Of a DNA stretch of 64,000 nucleotides, positions 9,640 to 19,166 are shown one piece after another (positions within the stretch are counted from its first letter, which is position 1; the number at the start of each line of letters is the position of its first letter). The stretch is from an uncultured Dehalococcoidia bacterium (lineage in GTDB: Bacteria > Chloroflexota > Dehalococcoidia > Lucifugimonadales > UBA826), in the NCBI GenBank assembly GCA_964500645.1, contig CAZCOH010000006.1, forward strand, positions 1,492-65,491, in the 5' to 3' direction. Under the pieces are notes generated by a model. The model saw only the letters and a program-made list of their open reading frames with translations. It had not been told where the DNA came from and did not search any database. Made by a program: the position numbers and the translations under genes.

Positions 9640-10815
9640 ATGTATGAAAACTTACAAATTTTAGAAATTGGCGGAGGTATTTCAGTACCGTACTGTGGAA
9701 AACTCATGTCTGGGTTTGGATGTGAAGTTATTAAGTTAGAGGAACCCGCAGGAGATATATCCAGAAAAATGGGTCCCTTTAAGAAAGGTGACGATCATTC
9801 CGAAAGTGGTTTGTTTATAGCTTTAAACAATGGTAAGAAAAGTGTGTGTCTTGATCTGGATACGGATGAAGGAGAGCAAGATTTTCAGAAATTATTAAGG
9901 AATGCAGACATAGTTATTGAAGGAGGCGTTTTTAAACGCTGTATTGAAAAAAAATATTCCTATACATATCTCAAATCCATAAATAAGGAATTGATATATC
10001 TGGAGGTTTCAGATTTTTTTCATAATGGTCCGCGCTCTAAATGGGTATCCACGGATTTGACCATTTTTCACATGAGTGGAAACGCTCATGGGGTTTTAGG
10101 GCCAGTTGAAGATCCTCAAAATAACCCTCCGGTGAGGGCAGGAGGGTACCAGTCAGAATTTCTGTCGGGAATGACTGCTTGTACCGCGCTGATGATGGCT
10201 CTTTATCGCAAGAATATGACCGGTTTAGGAGGTCATGTAGAGGTTCCGAAATATGAAGCATTAGTCACGCAAACGATAGCAGGTTTGGCAAATATGGCAT
10301 TCGGCAAACCTGCTCCTGTAAGGGATCTGTCCAAAGTTGAAGAGGCATCAGTTGGGGGAATGGTGGGAGCTGTTGGTGGTGTTTTGCCAACAAATGATGG
10401 TTATGTGGCTATTTCACCCAGAGAGGATGATCAATGGAAGAGATGGATTGATCTCATGGGTTCACCTGAATGGGCCAGTGAAGATCGCTTCAGTTCAAGA
10501 TCAGGTAGGCAGTCTAACTTTGAAGATTTATGGGATTTGGTGTCAAACTGGACTAGAAATTATTCAAAGCACTACATAGCTCAGAAAGGGCAGGAAAATC
10601 ATATTCCTTGCTTTCCTGTTAACACGATAGAGGATCTTTTTGAGGACGATCAATTTCAGTACAGAAAATTTTTCGTAGATTCTAAACATCCTGATTATGG
10701 CACTTTGAGATTGCCTGGTGTCCCATATGACATTTCGAATATGGAACTTAATTTAATTAGTTCTCCGGCTCCGTTTTTAGGAGAACATAATTCTGAACTG
10801 TTGGGGAGTTACTAG
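9640..10815 (+). CDS. Family-III CoA-transferase, type B2
   Basis: LQILEIGGGISVPYCGKLMSGFGCEVIKLEEP and KKSVCLD. The N-terminus most resembles 8242..9468. Confidence 0.85.
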   Translation: MYENLQILEIGGGISVPYCGKLMSGFGCEVIKLEEPAGDISRKMGPFKKGDDHSESGLFIALNNGKKSVCLDLDTDEGEQDFQKLLRNADIVIEGGVFKRCIEKKYSYTYLKSINKELIYLEVSDFFHNGPRSKWVSTDLTIFHMSGNAHGVLGPVEDPQNNPPVRAGGYQSEFLSGMTACTALMMALYRKNMTGLGGHVEVPKYEALVTQTIAGLANMAFGKPAPVRDLSKVEEASVGGMVGAVGGVLPTNDGYVAISPREDDQWKRWIDLMGSPEWASEDRFSSRSGRQSNFEDLWDLVSNWTRNYSKHYIAQKGQENHIPCFPVNTIEDLFEDDQFQYRKFFVDSKHPDYGTLRLPGVPYDISNMELNLISSPAPFLGEHNSELLGSY

Positions 10816-11972
10816 TGGAAGTATTACCTCTTGACGGAGTGAGAATAGTGGATTTGAGTTGGATTATTGCTGGCCCAACCGCTACCCGCCATATGGCGAT
10901 TATGGGAGCGGAAGTCATAAAGGTTGGTAGTTCCAAGAGACCTGACCCTTCGTATTCGGGCCCGGCATTTCATTCCTATAATCAATCAAAGCAATATGTG
11001 AGCGTTAATCTAGCATCTACTGAGGGAATAGAGATAGTTAAAGATTTGGTGGCTATATCAGATGTTGTTATAGAGAATTTTGCTACTGGAGTTATTGAAA
11101 GGAGAGGACTGGGATACGATGTTTTATCTTCTGTGAATCCCAGCATTATTATGATTTCATCATCTGGTGTTGGCCATTCTGGTCCTAAAAAGGATCAGGT
11201 AGCTTATGGAAGTTTACTTCAACATTACACCGGGTGGAACAGCCAGTCGGGATACAAAGATTCAGAGCCAGTAAAAGGAGGTCTTTGGGCGGATCCGTGG
11301 GTCGGAATGGAACTGGCAATGGTGACAACTGCATGTCTGAATTACAGAATGTCTACAGGGCTGGGACAATATGTAGATTTTTCAATGGCAGAGGCACTAT
11401 TAGGGTCTATGCCTATAACCATACTCAATCATCAACTTAATGGTTCCCCGTCTGAAAGTATAGGTAATGAAGATGACTTGGACCTGATGAGTGAGCTTTT
11501 TCGCTGTAAAGGAGAAGATAGTTGGCTGGCGTTGTCTATCACATGTGAAGGACAGTGGAATATGCTGTGTGAATTGTTGGGAAGAACGGATCTCAATGTA
11601 CGTGGGAGGGTAGAAAAATCTATAAAGGACGAACTGAGATCTGTTATAAGTAAATGGATTCAGGGCAAAACAGATTTGGAAGCTGTAAATCTTTTGCAAA
11701 GTTATGGAATAGCAGCTTCGCCTTCGTGGAGTATAGACGACGTATATCGTGACGATGTTCTGAGAAAAGACAATTATATGGTGCCAATGGAGACTAATGA
11801 TGGGGAGAGAAGGTTTATGCCCGGAGTTCCATGGCATTTTTCACAAGGACCTGACCCCATCATCGGAACTGCTCCAAAACTAGGTCAGGATAATCATAAA
11901 ATATTTAGAGAATTGATGGGTATAGAGCACTCTAAATATGAAAAATTATTGACTGGCGGAGTGCTGAAGTGA
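10815..11972 (+). CDS. Family-III CoA-transferase, type A2
   Basis: GVRIVDLSWIIAGPTATRHMAIMGAEVIKV and IIMISSSGVGHSGP. The GTG start overlaps the upstream TAG by 1 nt. It most resembles 6997..8241. Confidence 0.85.
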   Translation: MEVLPLDGVRIVDLSWIIAGPTATRHMAIMGAEVIKVGSSKRPDPSYSGPAFHSYNQSKQYVSVNLASTEGIEIVKDLVAISDVVIENFATGVIERRGLGYDVLSSVNPSIIMISSSGVGHSGPKKDQVAYGSLLQHYTGWNSQSGYKDSEPVKGGLWADPWVGMELAMVTTACLNYRMSTGLGQYVDFSMAEALLGSMPITILNHQLNGSPSESIGNEDDLDLMSELFRCKGEDSWLALSITCEGQWNMLCELLGRTDLNVRGRVEKSIKDELRSVISKWIQGKTDLEAVNLLQSYGIAASPSWSIDDVYRDDVLRKDNYMVPMETNDGERRFMPGVPWHFSQGPDPIIGTAPKLGQDNHKIFRELMGIEHSKYEKLLTGGVLK

Positions 11973-11981
11973 ATCCTAAGG

Positions 11982-12896
11982 CTATTCTATAGTTTTTCTA
12001 ATTTCCATCAGTCTTTCCCACTCTGCATCGTCCAATTCTGGATATTGATCCCCTTTTGTTCTTATCCCTCCCGTAAAGTGAGGCTCTCTTTTTTCCAGGA
12101 AAGCAGCCCTACCTTCGTCACCATCGGTAGTCATCTGTGTTAACAGGGCATTCATGAGGGTTTGCACTCTCCATGCTTCCGTCACGGGGGTTTCTCTAAA
12201 TCTGGTTACAAATTCTTTCATCATCCTGACGGCTATTGGAGGTTTATTAGCAATTTGAGATGCGACTTCCTCAGCTCTTTCAATTAATTTGTCGTGTGGA
12301 ACAACTTCATTGATGAGGTTGATTCGTAGAGCTTCTTCAGCATCAAATGGTTCATCTGTGAGTAATATTTTCATTGCATCTGAGTAGGATATTTGACGAG
12401 GCAAATAAGTAGCTCCTGGACCTGATCCTACCCAACCTTGGCTGGTTAATGCGAATTTGAACCGTGCATTTTCCTTTGAAGCTATTCTTATGTCAGTTGA
12501 TGTCAACATTAGATAGAAACCGGCTCCCGCTGCCCAGCCGTTTATAGCACCAATTACGGGTTTGTTGATTTGAGGGTAGTGGTCTCCCAAGTTCCCTGAA
12601 GCACCTATACGAGCCCCGTTGACGGTACCTGAAAGGGGCCAGAACACGCTTTCTGAACGCATACGTTGTCTTTCTTCTTCGGTCACGTCGGGGGGAGGCG
12701 CTAAGTTGTGGCCCGCGCAGAAATATTTGTCTCCTGAACCGGTAAGTATGATTGCCCTTATATTCCTGTCTTCCCACATTTCTTTCCAGGCTTCGCTGAT
12801 TTCATCAGAAGTCTGACGGTCCAATATATTTGCCTTAGCAGGATTGTCTATGGTGATATACGCAATGTTTTTTTTCTTCTCAAGAATCAAACTCAT
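11982..12896 (-). CDS. Enoyl-CoA hydratase/isomerase family
   Basis: ITIDNPAKANILD, TGSGDKYFCAGHNL and GAINGWAAGAGF. Confidence 0.8.
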   Translation of the reverse strand: MSLILEKKKNIAYITIDNPAKANILDRQTSDEISEAWKEMWEDRNIRAIILTGSGDKYFCAGHNLAPPPDVTEEERQRMRSESVFWPLSGTVNGARIGASGNLGDHYPQINKPVIGAINGWAAGAGFYLMLTSTDIRIASKENARFKFALTSQGWVGSGPGATYLPRQISYSDAMKILLTDEPFDAEEALRINLINEVVPHDKLIERAEEVASQIANKPPIAVRMMKEFVTRFRETPVTEAWRVQTLMNALLTQMTTDGDEGRAAFLEKREPHFTGGIRTKGDQYPELDDAEWERLMEIRKTIE

Positions 12897-12958
12897 CTAT
12901 TTAACCTCTCATTCGTTTTGATCCAATATCATGGTATTTTCACCAGTTTGTGACTGGA

Positions 12959-13912
12959 TCAGTTGTTTATGACTCTCACAGGGTTACCTTCGAGAAACTT
13001 CTTTATGCATTCTACAGTCTGAGAATAATAGATCTCGTATCCCTCTTTTGTGACATAACCAATGTGGGGGGTTATAAGTACATTTTTTAACGAGAGTAGA
13101 GGGTTTTTTTCGTCAAGAGGTTCATAATCAAATACATCTAATCCCGCTCCGGCTATATTGTTATTTTTGAGAGCATTTATCAGAGATTCCTCTTCCACGA
13201 TAGGACCTCTAGAGGTATTTATCAGAAAACTACTTTCCTTCATCAAACTGATTTCTTGTTTCCCGATAAGGTTTCTAGTTCTTTCACTTAGAACAGTGTG
13301 AATTGTCAGGAAATCCGAGCGTTTCAAAAGATCTTCAAATGATACAAGTGTAGCCATTTGGGTTGATGCTAACTGCTTGGTTAAATTCTGACTCCACGCT
13401 AAAACATTCATCCCAAATGCATTTCCTATTTTAGAGACTTGAGATCCGAGATTTCCCAGACCTATTATGCCAAGGGTTTTACCTTTAAGATCTACACCAA
13501 GGCTTGTTTGCCATCTACCTTGTTTTGTAGCCTCATTTTCCTGGTGTATTTTTCTGGCTAATGAAATGATAAGTCCCCAGGTGAGTTCCGCGGTGGGATG
13601 TCCTAGTCCTTCTGTACCACAAACAGTTATTCCAAGATTTGATGCATGCTTTAAGTCAATGGAAGCATTTCGCATACCTGTTGTTATTAAGAGTTTTAAA
13701 TTTGGAAGATTGTCTAGTAGGGCCTTTGGGAAAGGTGTGCGTTCTCGCATAGCACAGACTATCTGATATTTATGGAGCCTTTGTACGATATCTGGCGTAT
13801 GGATCAAATGGTCTTTAAATATGGTCAGGTGGGTGTCTTTAGGAAGTGTTTCCCAATCTGCGAGAGATAGTGCGACTCCTTGATAATCATCTAGTATGGC
13901 TACCTTGTTCAT
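12959..13912 (-). CDS. D-isomer-specific 2-hydroxyacid dehydrogenase
   Basis: NAD fold GKTLGIIGLGNLGSQV, a catalytic-region-like SDFLTIHTVL..T..LI, and LDVFDYEPL...LITPHIGY. Confidence 0.85.
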   Translation of the reverse strand: MNKVAILDDYQGVALSLADWETLPKDTHLTIFKDHLIHTPDIVQRLHKYQIVCAMRERTPFPKALLDNLPNLKLLITTGMRNASIDLKHASNLGITVCGTEGLGHPTAELTWGLIISLARKIHQENEATKQGRWQTSLGVDLKGKTLGIIGLGNLGSQVSKIGNAFGMNVLAWSQNLTKQLASTQMATLVSFEDLLKRSDFLTIHTVLSERTRNLIGKQEISLMKESSFLINTSRGPIVEEESLINALKNNNIAGAGLDVFDYEPLDEKNPLLSLKNVLITPHIGYVTKEGYEIYYSQTVECIKKFLEGNPVRVINN

Positions 13913-14063
13913 AGTCGGGATCTCCTTTATGCTAATTTAAGATAATAAATAACATTTCTATAAAAATTTTGTGATATTGAGGATTAGTGATGTGAATTTA
14001 TGATAGCTGAAGTGCTAATATCTGACCGCTATATAAAAGTGCAAGGTTTCTAGGAGATTTATT

Positions 14064-14825
14064 ATGACAAAAAAGGTTTTAGTGACAGGGATGAGTGGGT
14101 TAATCGGAGGATTATTAAAAGACCATCTAATACAGAGCGGAAATTATGAACTTTCCGCTCTCAATCGCAGTCACGTTGAAGGGGTAACGAATTTTCAGGC
14201 GGACATTTCGGACTTAGAAGCGATTCAACCAGCCTTTGAAGGTCAAGATGTTGTTGTCCACCTTGCTGCTTATCTAGGTTCACAAGACTGGGAAGGGCAA
14301 CACGCTGGAAATGTGCTTGGAACATACAATGTTTTTGAGGCAGCTCGTAAAGCCGGGGTTAAACGAGTTATATTTGCATCAAGCGGCAACGCAATTAGAG
14401 GATTTGAGAGAGTCTCTCCATACCTTGAAATTTCAGAAGGGAAATATGATGAAGTACCTGAGAATTTCCCTATGATAACGCATGAGCAGATAAGACCTGA
14501 GGCTCTATATGGAGCAGCTAAAGTTTGGGGAGAAGCTCTTGGAAGACATTTTTCAGATGATTATGGTATGTCCGTGATTTGTGTAAGAATCGGATCTGTT
14601 CATAAAGAAAACAAGCCTTTGAGCGTCCGAGAAAATGCCATATACCTAGGACATAGAGATATATGCCAGATGCTCAATCTCTGTATTGATGCCTCTGAAG
14701 ATATTAAATACGATGTTGTGTTTGCTGTATCCAATAACAAGTGGAACTATCGTGATATATCTCATGCGAAAGACCTACTTGGTTACAACCCGGTTGATTC
14801 AGCAGATGACAATTTCTTTAGTTAA
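14064..14825 (+). CDS. NAD-dependent epimerase/dehydratase (extended SDR) family
   Basis: Rossmann VLVTGMSGLIGGLL and a YxxxK-like YGAAKVWGE. SD TAGGAGA lies upstream. Confidence 0.75.
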   Translation: MTKKVLVTGMSGLIGGLLKDHLIQSGNYELSALNRSHVEGVTNFQADISDLEAIQPAFEGQDVVVHLAAYLGSQDWEGQHAGNVLGTYNVFEAARKAGVKRVIFASSGNAIRGFERVSPYLEISEGKYDEVPENFPMITHEQIRPEALYGAAKVWGEALGRHFSDDYGMSVICVRIGSVHKENKPLSVRENAIYLGHRDICQMLNLCIDASEDIKYDVVFAVSNNKWNYRDISHAKDLLGYNPVDSADDNFFS

Positions 14826-14845
14826 AATTGTAGGGGATTAATTTA

Positions 14846-16231
14846 ATGATACTAAATGACCTCCAGTCCCGGTTAAATGAAACCAACGTGCTTCAAATTT
14901 CTGCACCGGGTGACATTGATGAGGTTGCCCTTACGATAACAGATGCCTCTAATACCAACACGCCTATTTCTGTGGCGGGGGCTCTTCATTCTATGGGAGG
15001 TCAACAATTTGCTGACGCAAGCATATCTCTTTCCTCACGTAATATTAATAAAATTGAATCCTTGGATCAGGAAAGACGTCTCGTTAAGCTGCAATCAGGG
15101 GTTACATGGCCTGATTTAGTCCGTTGGTTGAAAGAAAACCAGAGAGATTCGGAACAAGAGCTTGGCATCATTCAAAAACAAACTGGCGCTGATGATTTAA
15201 CCATAGGTGGGGCACTTTCATCGAATATTCATGGGAGAGTGCTAACACGCAAGCCAATTGTAGATGATGTAGAGGGGTTTCACATAATCACCGCTGATGG
15301 ACGAAGATCATATTGCAGTAGATCTGAAAATGCAGATTTGTTTGGCGCTGTAATTGGAGGGTACGGACTGTTTGGGTTTATAGATTCAGTAGATCTAAAG
15401 TTGACTGAGAGGGTGAAACTCAAGAGAACGGTTTCAGAAAATTCTTTGGATGAAGTAATACCAGCTTTAGAAGAACGAATTGTAAATGGGGCGACGTTTG
15501 GAGATTTTCAATACATGACAGATGAAAAAGCAGATGGATTCCTTTCCAAGGGAGTTTTATCTACATATTCACCTGTGGACTCTAAATTGACGATACCTGA
15601 TACCCAACTGGGGCTGACTATGGATGATTGGAAGAAATTATTTGTGTTGGCTCACACCGACAAGAAACAAGCATATGAGTTGTATCTTGGTCACTATATA
15701 CAGACTAACGATCAAATCTATTGGTCTGATGAACATCAATTTAGTACGTATCTTCCTGAGGCAGGTGATATGTTGAACCAACAGTTGAAATGGGACCCTT
15801 ATGCTTCCCTGATGATTTCAGAATTGTATGTCCCAAGAGATAACTTTGTTGATTTCATGAGAGACGCTAGGGAAGGTTTGCTGAAGACTAGTGCTAACGT
15901 AATTTATGGAACAGTCAGGCTTATAAAATCTGAAAAGGAAACCTTTTTGAATTGGGCGAAAGATGACTTCGCTTGTATCATATTTAACCTTCTCGTTGAA
16001 CATTCTCCCAACGGTATAGAAAATGCTAAGGGACAGTTTAGAATGCTTATAGATTGTGCCCTAAATTATGGGGGCTCTTATTATCTCACCTATCATAAGT
16101 GGGCTCGAAAGGACCAGGTAGAGGCTGCATATCCTCAATTCACCAATTTTCTAGAAAAGAAAAACTACTATGATCCGTCCAGTGTGTTTACTAGTAATTG
16201 GCATCGACACTACGCTGATATGTTTTCTTAA
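14846..16231 (+). CDS. FAD-binding (PCMH/FAD_binding_4-type) oxidoreductase
   Basis: ISVAGALHSMGGQQFA, TIGGALSSNIHG and GGYGLFGFI are typical of vanillyl-alcohol/aldonolactone oxidase-type flavoproteins. Confidence 0.65.
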   Translation: MILNDLQSRLNETNVLQISAPGDIDEVALTITDASNTNTPISVAGALHSMGGQQFADASISLSSRNINKIESLDQERRLVKLQSGVTWPDLVRWLKENQRDSEQELGIIQKQTGADDLTIGGALSSNIHGRVLTRKPIVDDVEGFHIITADGRRSYCSRSENADLFGAVIGGYGLFGFIDSVDLKLTERVKLKRTVSENSLDEVIPALEERIVNGATFGDFQYMTDEKADGFLSKGVLSTYSPVDSKLTIPDTQLGLTMDDWKKLFVLAHTDKKQAYELYLGHYIQTNDQIYWSDEHQFSTYLPEAGDMLNQQLKWDPYASLMISELYVPRDNFVDFMRDAREGLLKTSANVIYGTVRLIKSEKETFLNWAKDDFACIIFNLLVEHSPNGIENAKGQFRMLIDCALNYGGSYYLTYHKWARKDQVEAAYPQFTNFLEKKNYYDPSSVFTSNWHRHYADMFS

Positions 16232-16271
16232 TGTTGTTGATTTGACCTGATTAGTATCTTGTTTTACGTCT

Positions 16272-17495
16272 TCATAAGGATTTTTCTCGGTGCAATAATT
16301 GAGGCCAGATTACCAGAGTAACTGCGATCAGTAACAATCCCACGATCCCGTTCAAAATCAGTGTTGTTCCTATCCCTACGTTTTCAGCTAGCAGGCCTGA
16401 AATTGTCAATCCAAATGGTAGAGCTCCTACCGCGAGTTGTCTCAACCCCATAATTCTTCCTCTAAGTTCTGTAGGGGTCATGTCTAGGATCATGCTTGCC
16501 ATCAATACAACGGTGACAGACTGACCAAAACCCGAAACGAATAGTATCGGGTATGCTAAATTTTCTGAATTAACTAGTGCCATTAAGAATACGGTTAAAT
16601 GCCAAATTATTGACCCAATAACAAGAAGCCTACCTTTCTGTTCCTGGTATAGATTGCTACCCATAGCAATAGAACCAGTTGCGGCCCCTGCAGAATAGAT
16701 TCCTAATAAAATTCCGAGACCACCGGATGTGGTCTCAAGTATTTCTTTAGCTACAACGGCAGTCAAAGAAAAATATAGAGGGAAAGCCGTAAGATTAATT
16801 ATTACCGCTAATGTCATCAGTGAAGAAAGATGTGGCATTTTCGCGACATATTTGATTCCTTCAAAAATATTAATCAATAAGTTTATTCCACGGGTCTTTT
16901 TTCTTCCTGTATCAAATTTTTCCGGTGGGTCAATTGTTATCATCACAGATGCAATCGTTGATGTAGCGTAAAATATTGCCACCATTCCGTAACTAACCGC
17001 CATACCAGAAAAACTAAGGAGAAATCCTCCAATTATTGGCGCAAATATTTGACTCAGGTCGCTTCCTGCCCTCTCTAACGCGACACCGTTTTTCACTTGA
17101 GATTTTTTCAAAATGTCTGGCACCAGTGATTGTCTAACTATCATTTCTGATGTTTTAGATAGACCCAAGAATGCTGCCATTATCAATATTTTCCAGACAT
17201 TTAGAATTCCCAATATGGATAAAGATAGGCCAACAATGGAATTTAATAAAAAGGAGATTCTTACTGTTATCAGCATTTTCTTTCTTCCAACTGTGTCAGC
17301 AATCAAGCCGATCACAGGTGCAATTAGTGTGCCTCCAAATCTTAAAGCTCCATAAATGCCAAGAATGAATGGAGAATTGGATTCCGCCAATATAAACCAC
17401 GAAAGAATCACCAGTTCCATATATTCTGCCCAGTGTAAAATCGATACGGATCCCCAGAGGTATCTGTAATTGCGATTTTTAAAACTTTCGATCAA
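16272..17495 (-). CDS. MFS transporter
   Basis: About 12 hydrophobic helices and an MFS loop motif GLIADTVGRKKM. Confidence 0.8.
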   Translation of the reverse strand: MIESFKNRNYRYLWGSVSILHWAEYMELVILSWFILAESNSPFILGIYGALRFGGTLIAPVIGLIADTVGRKKMLITVRISFLLNSIVGLSLSILGILNVWKILIMAAFLGLSKTSEMIVRQSLVPDILKKSQVKNGVALERAGSDLSQIFAPIIGGFLLSFSGMAVSYGMVAIFYATSTIASVMITIDPPEKFDTGRKKTRGINLLINIFEGIKYVAKMPHLSSLMTLAVIINLTAFPLYFSLTAVVAKEILETTSGGLGILLGIYSAGAATGSIAMGSNLYQEQKGRLLVIGSIIWHLTVFLMALVNSENLAYPILFVSGFGQSVTVVLMASMILDMTPTELRGRIMGLRQLAVGALPFGLTISGLLAENVGIGTTLILNGIVGLLLIAVTLVIWPQLLHREKSL

Positions 17496-17582
17496 TCTGG
17501 TGTCACTCTTTGACCTGTGGATTTCAGAAAATGTTTTTAAGTATAGGGCACTTGTTAATCTATAATCGTAAGTAAAGCTAGT

Positions 17583-18812
17583 CTAATTTTTAAGGCTGGG
17601 ATGCACTGGTTTCTTAGTAAATATAAATATTAGGCTACCCAAAAAGCATATGACTCCGATTAACAAAAATGCATTTGTGTAATCTCCATATTTGTCGAAC
17701 ATCGAACCGGCTATAATTGGCCCAGCCATAGTCAACGCCATCATGGGAGCAGAGGAGATTCCCATGATTTTACCGAACGCTTTTCTTCCGAAGTAATCCC
17801 CTCTCATGGCTGTGGTTATTGGTGCACGTGCACCAAAACCTATTCCATAGATAACGGCGAAGATTAATGCTGTTGGTATTGACCGCACCATAACAGCCGA
17901 CATAACACCTATGGATTGTAAGCATCCGAAGAGGCATACAGCATATCTTTTTGGTACACGGTCTCCGATCACTCCCCCAAACAATTGAGACAATCCACCT
18001 ATACCCATAGAAACTCCCCATACAACAGCGGCAACTTCAAGAGACAACCCTTGCTGATTCAGGGCTAGAATCAAATGTACCATCATAGTAGCTGTTAACA
18101 TCGAAGAAGCACCATGGCCTATTGATATAGTCCAGAAAACCTTTTCTCTTAGAGCCTCTCCTATACTGAAGTCAGGATCATTAGACACATTTGTGATTGT
18201 ATTTTTATGGCTTGGATTACCTTCGGGTAGTTTATTCCCCTTGCCGTCAGGTATCTCTCCAATATCCTCCGGATTATTATGAATTATTTTCCAAATGGGG
18301 ATAATTACTACTAGGAATACAACTGACAATACCAAGGCTGTATTTCTCCATCCGAGACTCTCAGGTGAGATTATTATGGCCATAAGTGGGACAATCGCGA
18401 ATGTGCCCATGGAAAACCCAACTGCACCTATTGCCATAGCAAAACTTCTATTTCTATGGAACCAATTGTTTATTATTACAGTCATTGGAATCCATCCACC
18501 TAGACTGACACCCAGCATAGTTAGCATGTACGCTATATAAAACATCAAGGGATCGTTCCATTCAGATACCCCTGGAGTAAATGCTTGTACTTGATTAAGA
18601 CAAAGATATCCAATAGATGCGACACAGACACCCAAGATGGCCATTTTTTTGCCGCCATATTTATCAATTAGGTAACCGACAATTGGTGCTGCTATGCTGG
18701 ACTCTAACTGTCCGAGCGAAAAGGCAAAAGACAACTGGCTTCTTGACCAACCAAAGTCTCTCTCAAGAGAATCAATCCACAGACCTGCTCCGCCAAAACC
18801 AGGACCCGACAA
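17583..18812 (-). CDS. MFS transporter (oxalate/formate antiporter-like); the true start is probably upstream (about 18884)
   Basis: GYLIDKYGGKKM loop with multiple TM helices. The track start is TTG. The in-frame upstream sequence encodes a TM1-like segment (YIFYGWWVAITALFVNAIL) but contains no ATG/GTG/TTG. Confidence 0.75.
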   Translation of the reverse strand: MSGPGFGGAGLWIDSLERDFGWSRSQLSFAFSLGQLESSIAAPIVGYLIDKYGGKKMAILGVCVASIGYLCLNQVQAFTPGVSEWNDPLMFYIAYMLTMLGVSLGGWIPMTVIINNWFHRNRSFAMAIGAVGFSMGTFAIVPLMAIIISPESLGWRNTALVLSVVFLVVIIPIWKIIHNNPEDIGEIPDGKGNKLPEGNPSHKNTITNVSNDPDFSIGEALREKVFWTISIGHGASSMLTATMMVHLILALNQQGLSLEVAAVVWGVSMGIGGLSQLFGGVIGDRVPKRYAVCLFGCLQSIGVMSAVMVRSIPTALIFAVIYGIGFGARAPITTAMRGDYFGRKAFGKIMGISSAPMMALTMAGPIIAGSMFDKYGDYTNAFLLIGVICFLGSLIFIFTKKPVHPSLKN

Positions 18813-19037
18813 AATGGCATTTACGAATAGTGCGGTGATAGCAACCCACCAACCGTAGAAAATATATCGATTTAGAATTTTAATGGTCCAATCACCGGTT
18901 ATACGGTATAGGGTACTTTTTCTAACACGTGAGTGTGAATGTTAACGATTTCTAAACAAGATTAGCAATACAAAAAAAGGTAAATTTGAGAATTATGTGA
19001 TGTAATGTAGTCGTATTATGTACATTGACATATAAGG

Positions 19038-19060
19038 TTGATTCGTCTGAGACGAACCAA
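19038..19060 (-). terminator. Imperfect hairpin downstream of the Fe-S gene (possible terminator)
   Basis: TTGATTCGTC-tga-GACGAACCAA forms a 10-bp stem with one mismatch. There is no clear U-tract. Confidence 0.25.
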
Positions 19061-19166
19061 GACTTATTCCAAAACAAAATTACTGAGTTTTTCCAAGTCG
19101 TGGAAAATCAAATATGAATTGGTGTGTTCATAGTCATTTATGTGAAGTTTAGGTTGGGGCTAGGTT

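Noticed and set aside
6997-11972. A possible loss of the catalytic Asp in one CoA-transferase paralog (pseudo-enzyme subunit)
   Set aside because: I could not align the active-site loop reliably by eye. Different plausible alignments gave different answers, so this needs a real alignment to Frc/CaiB.
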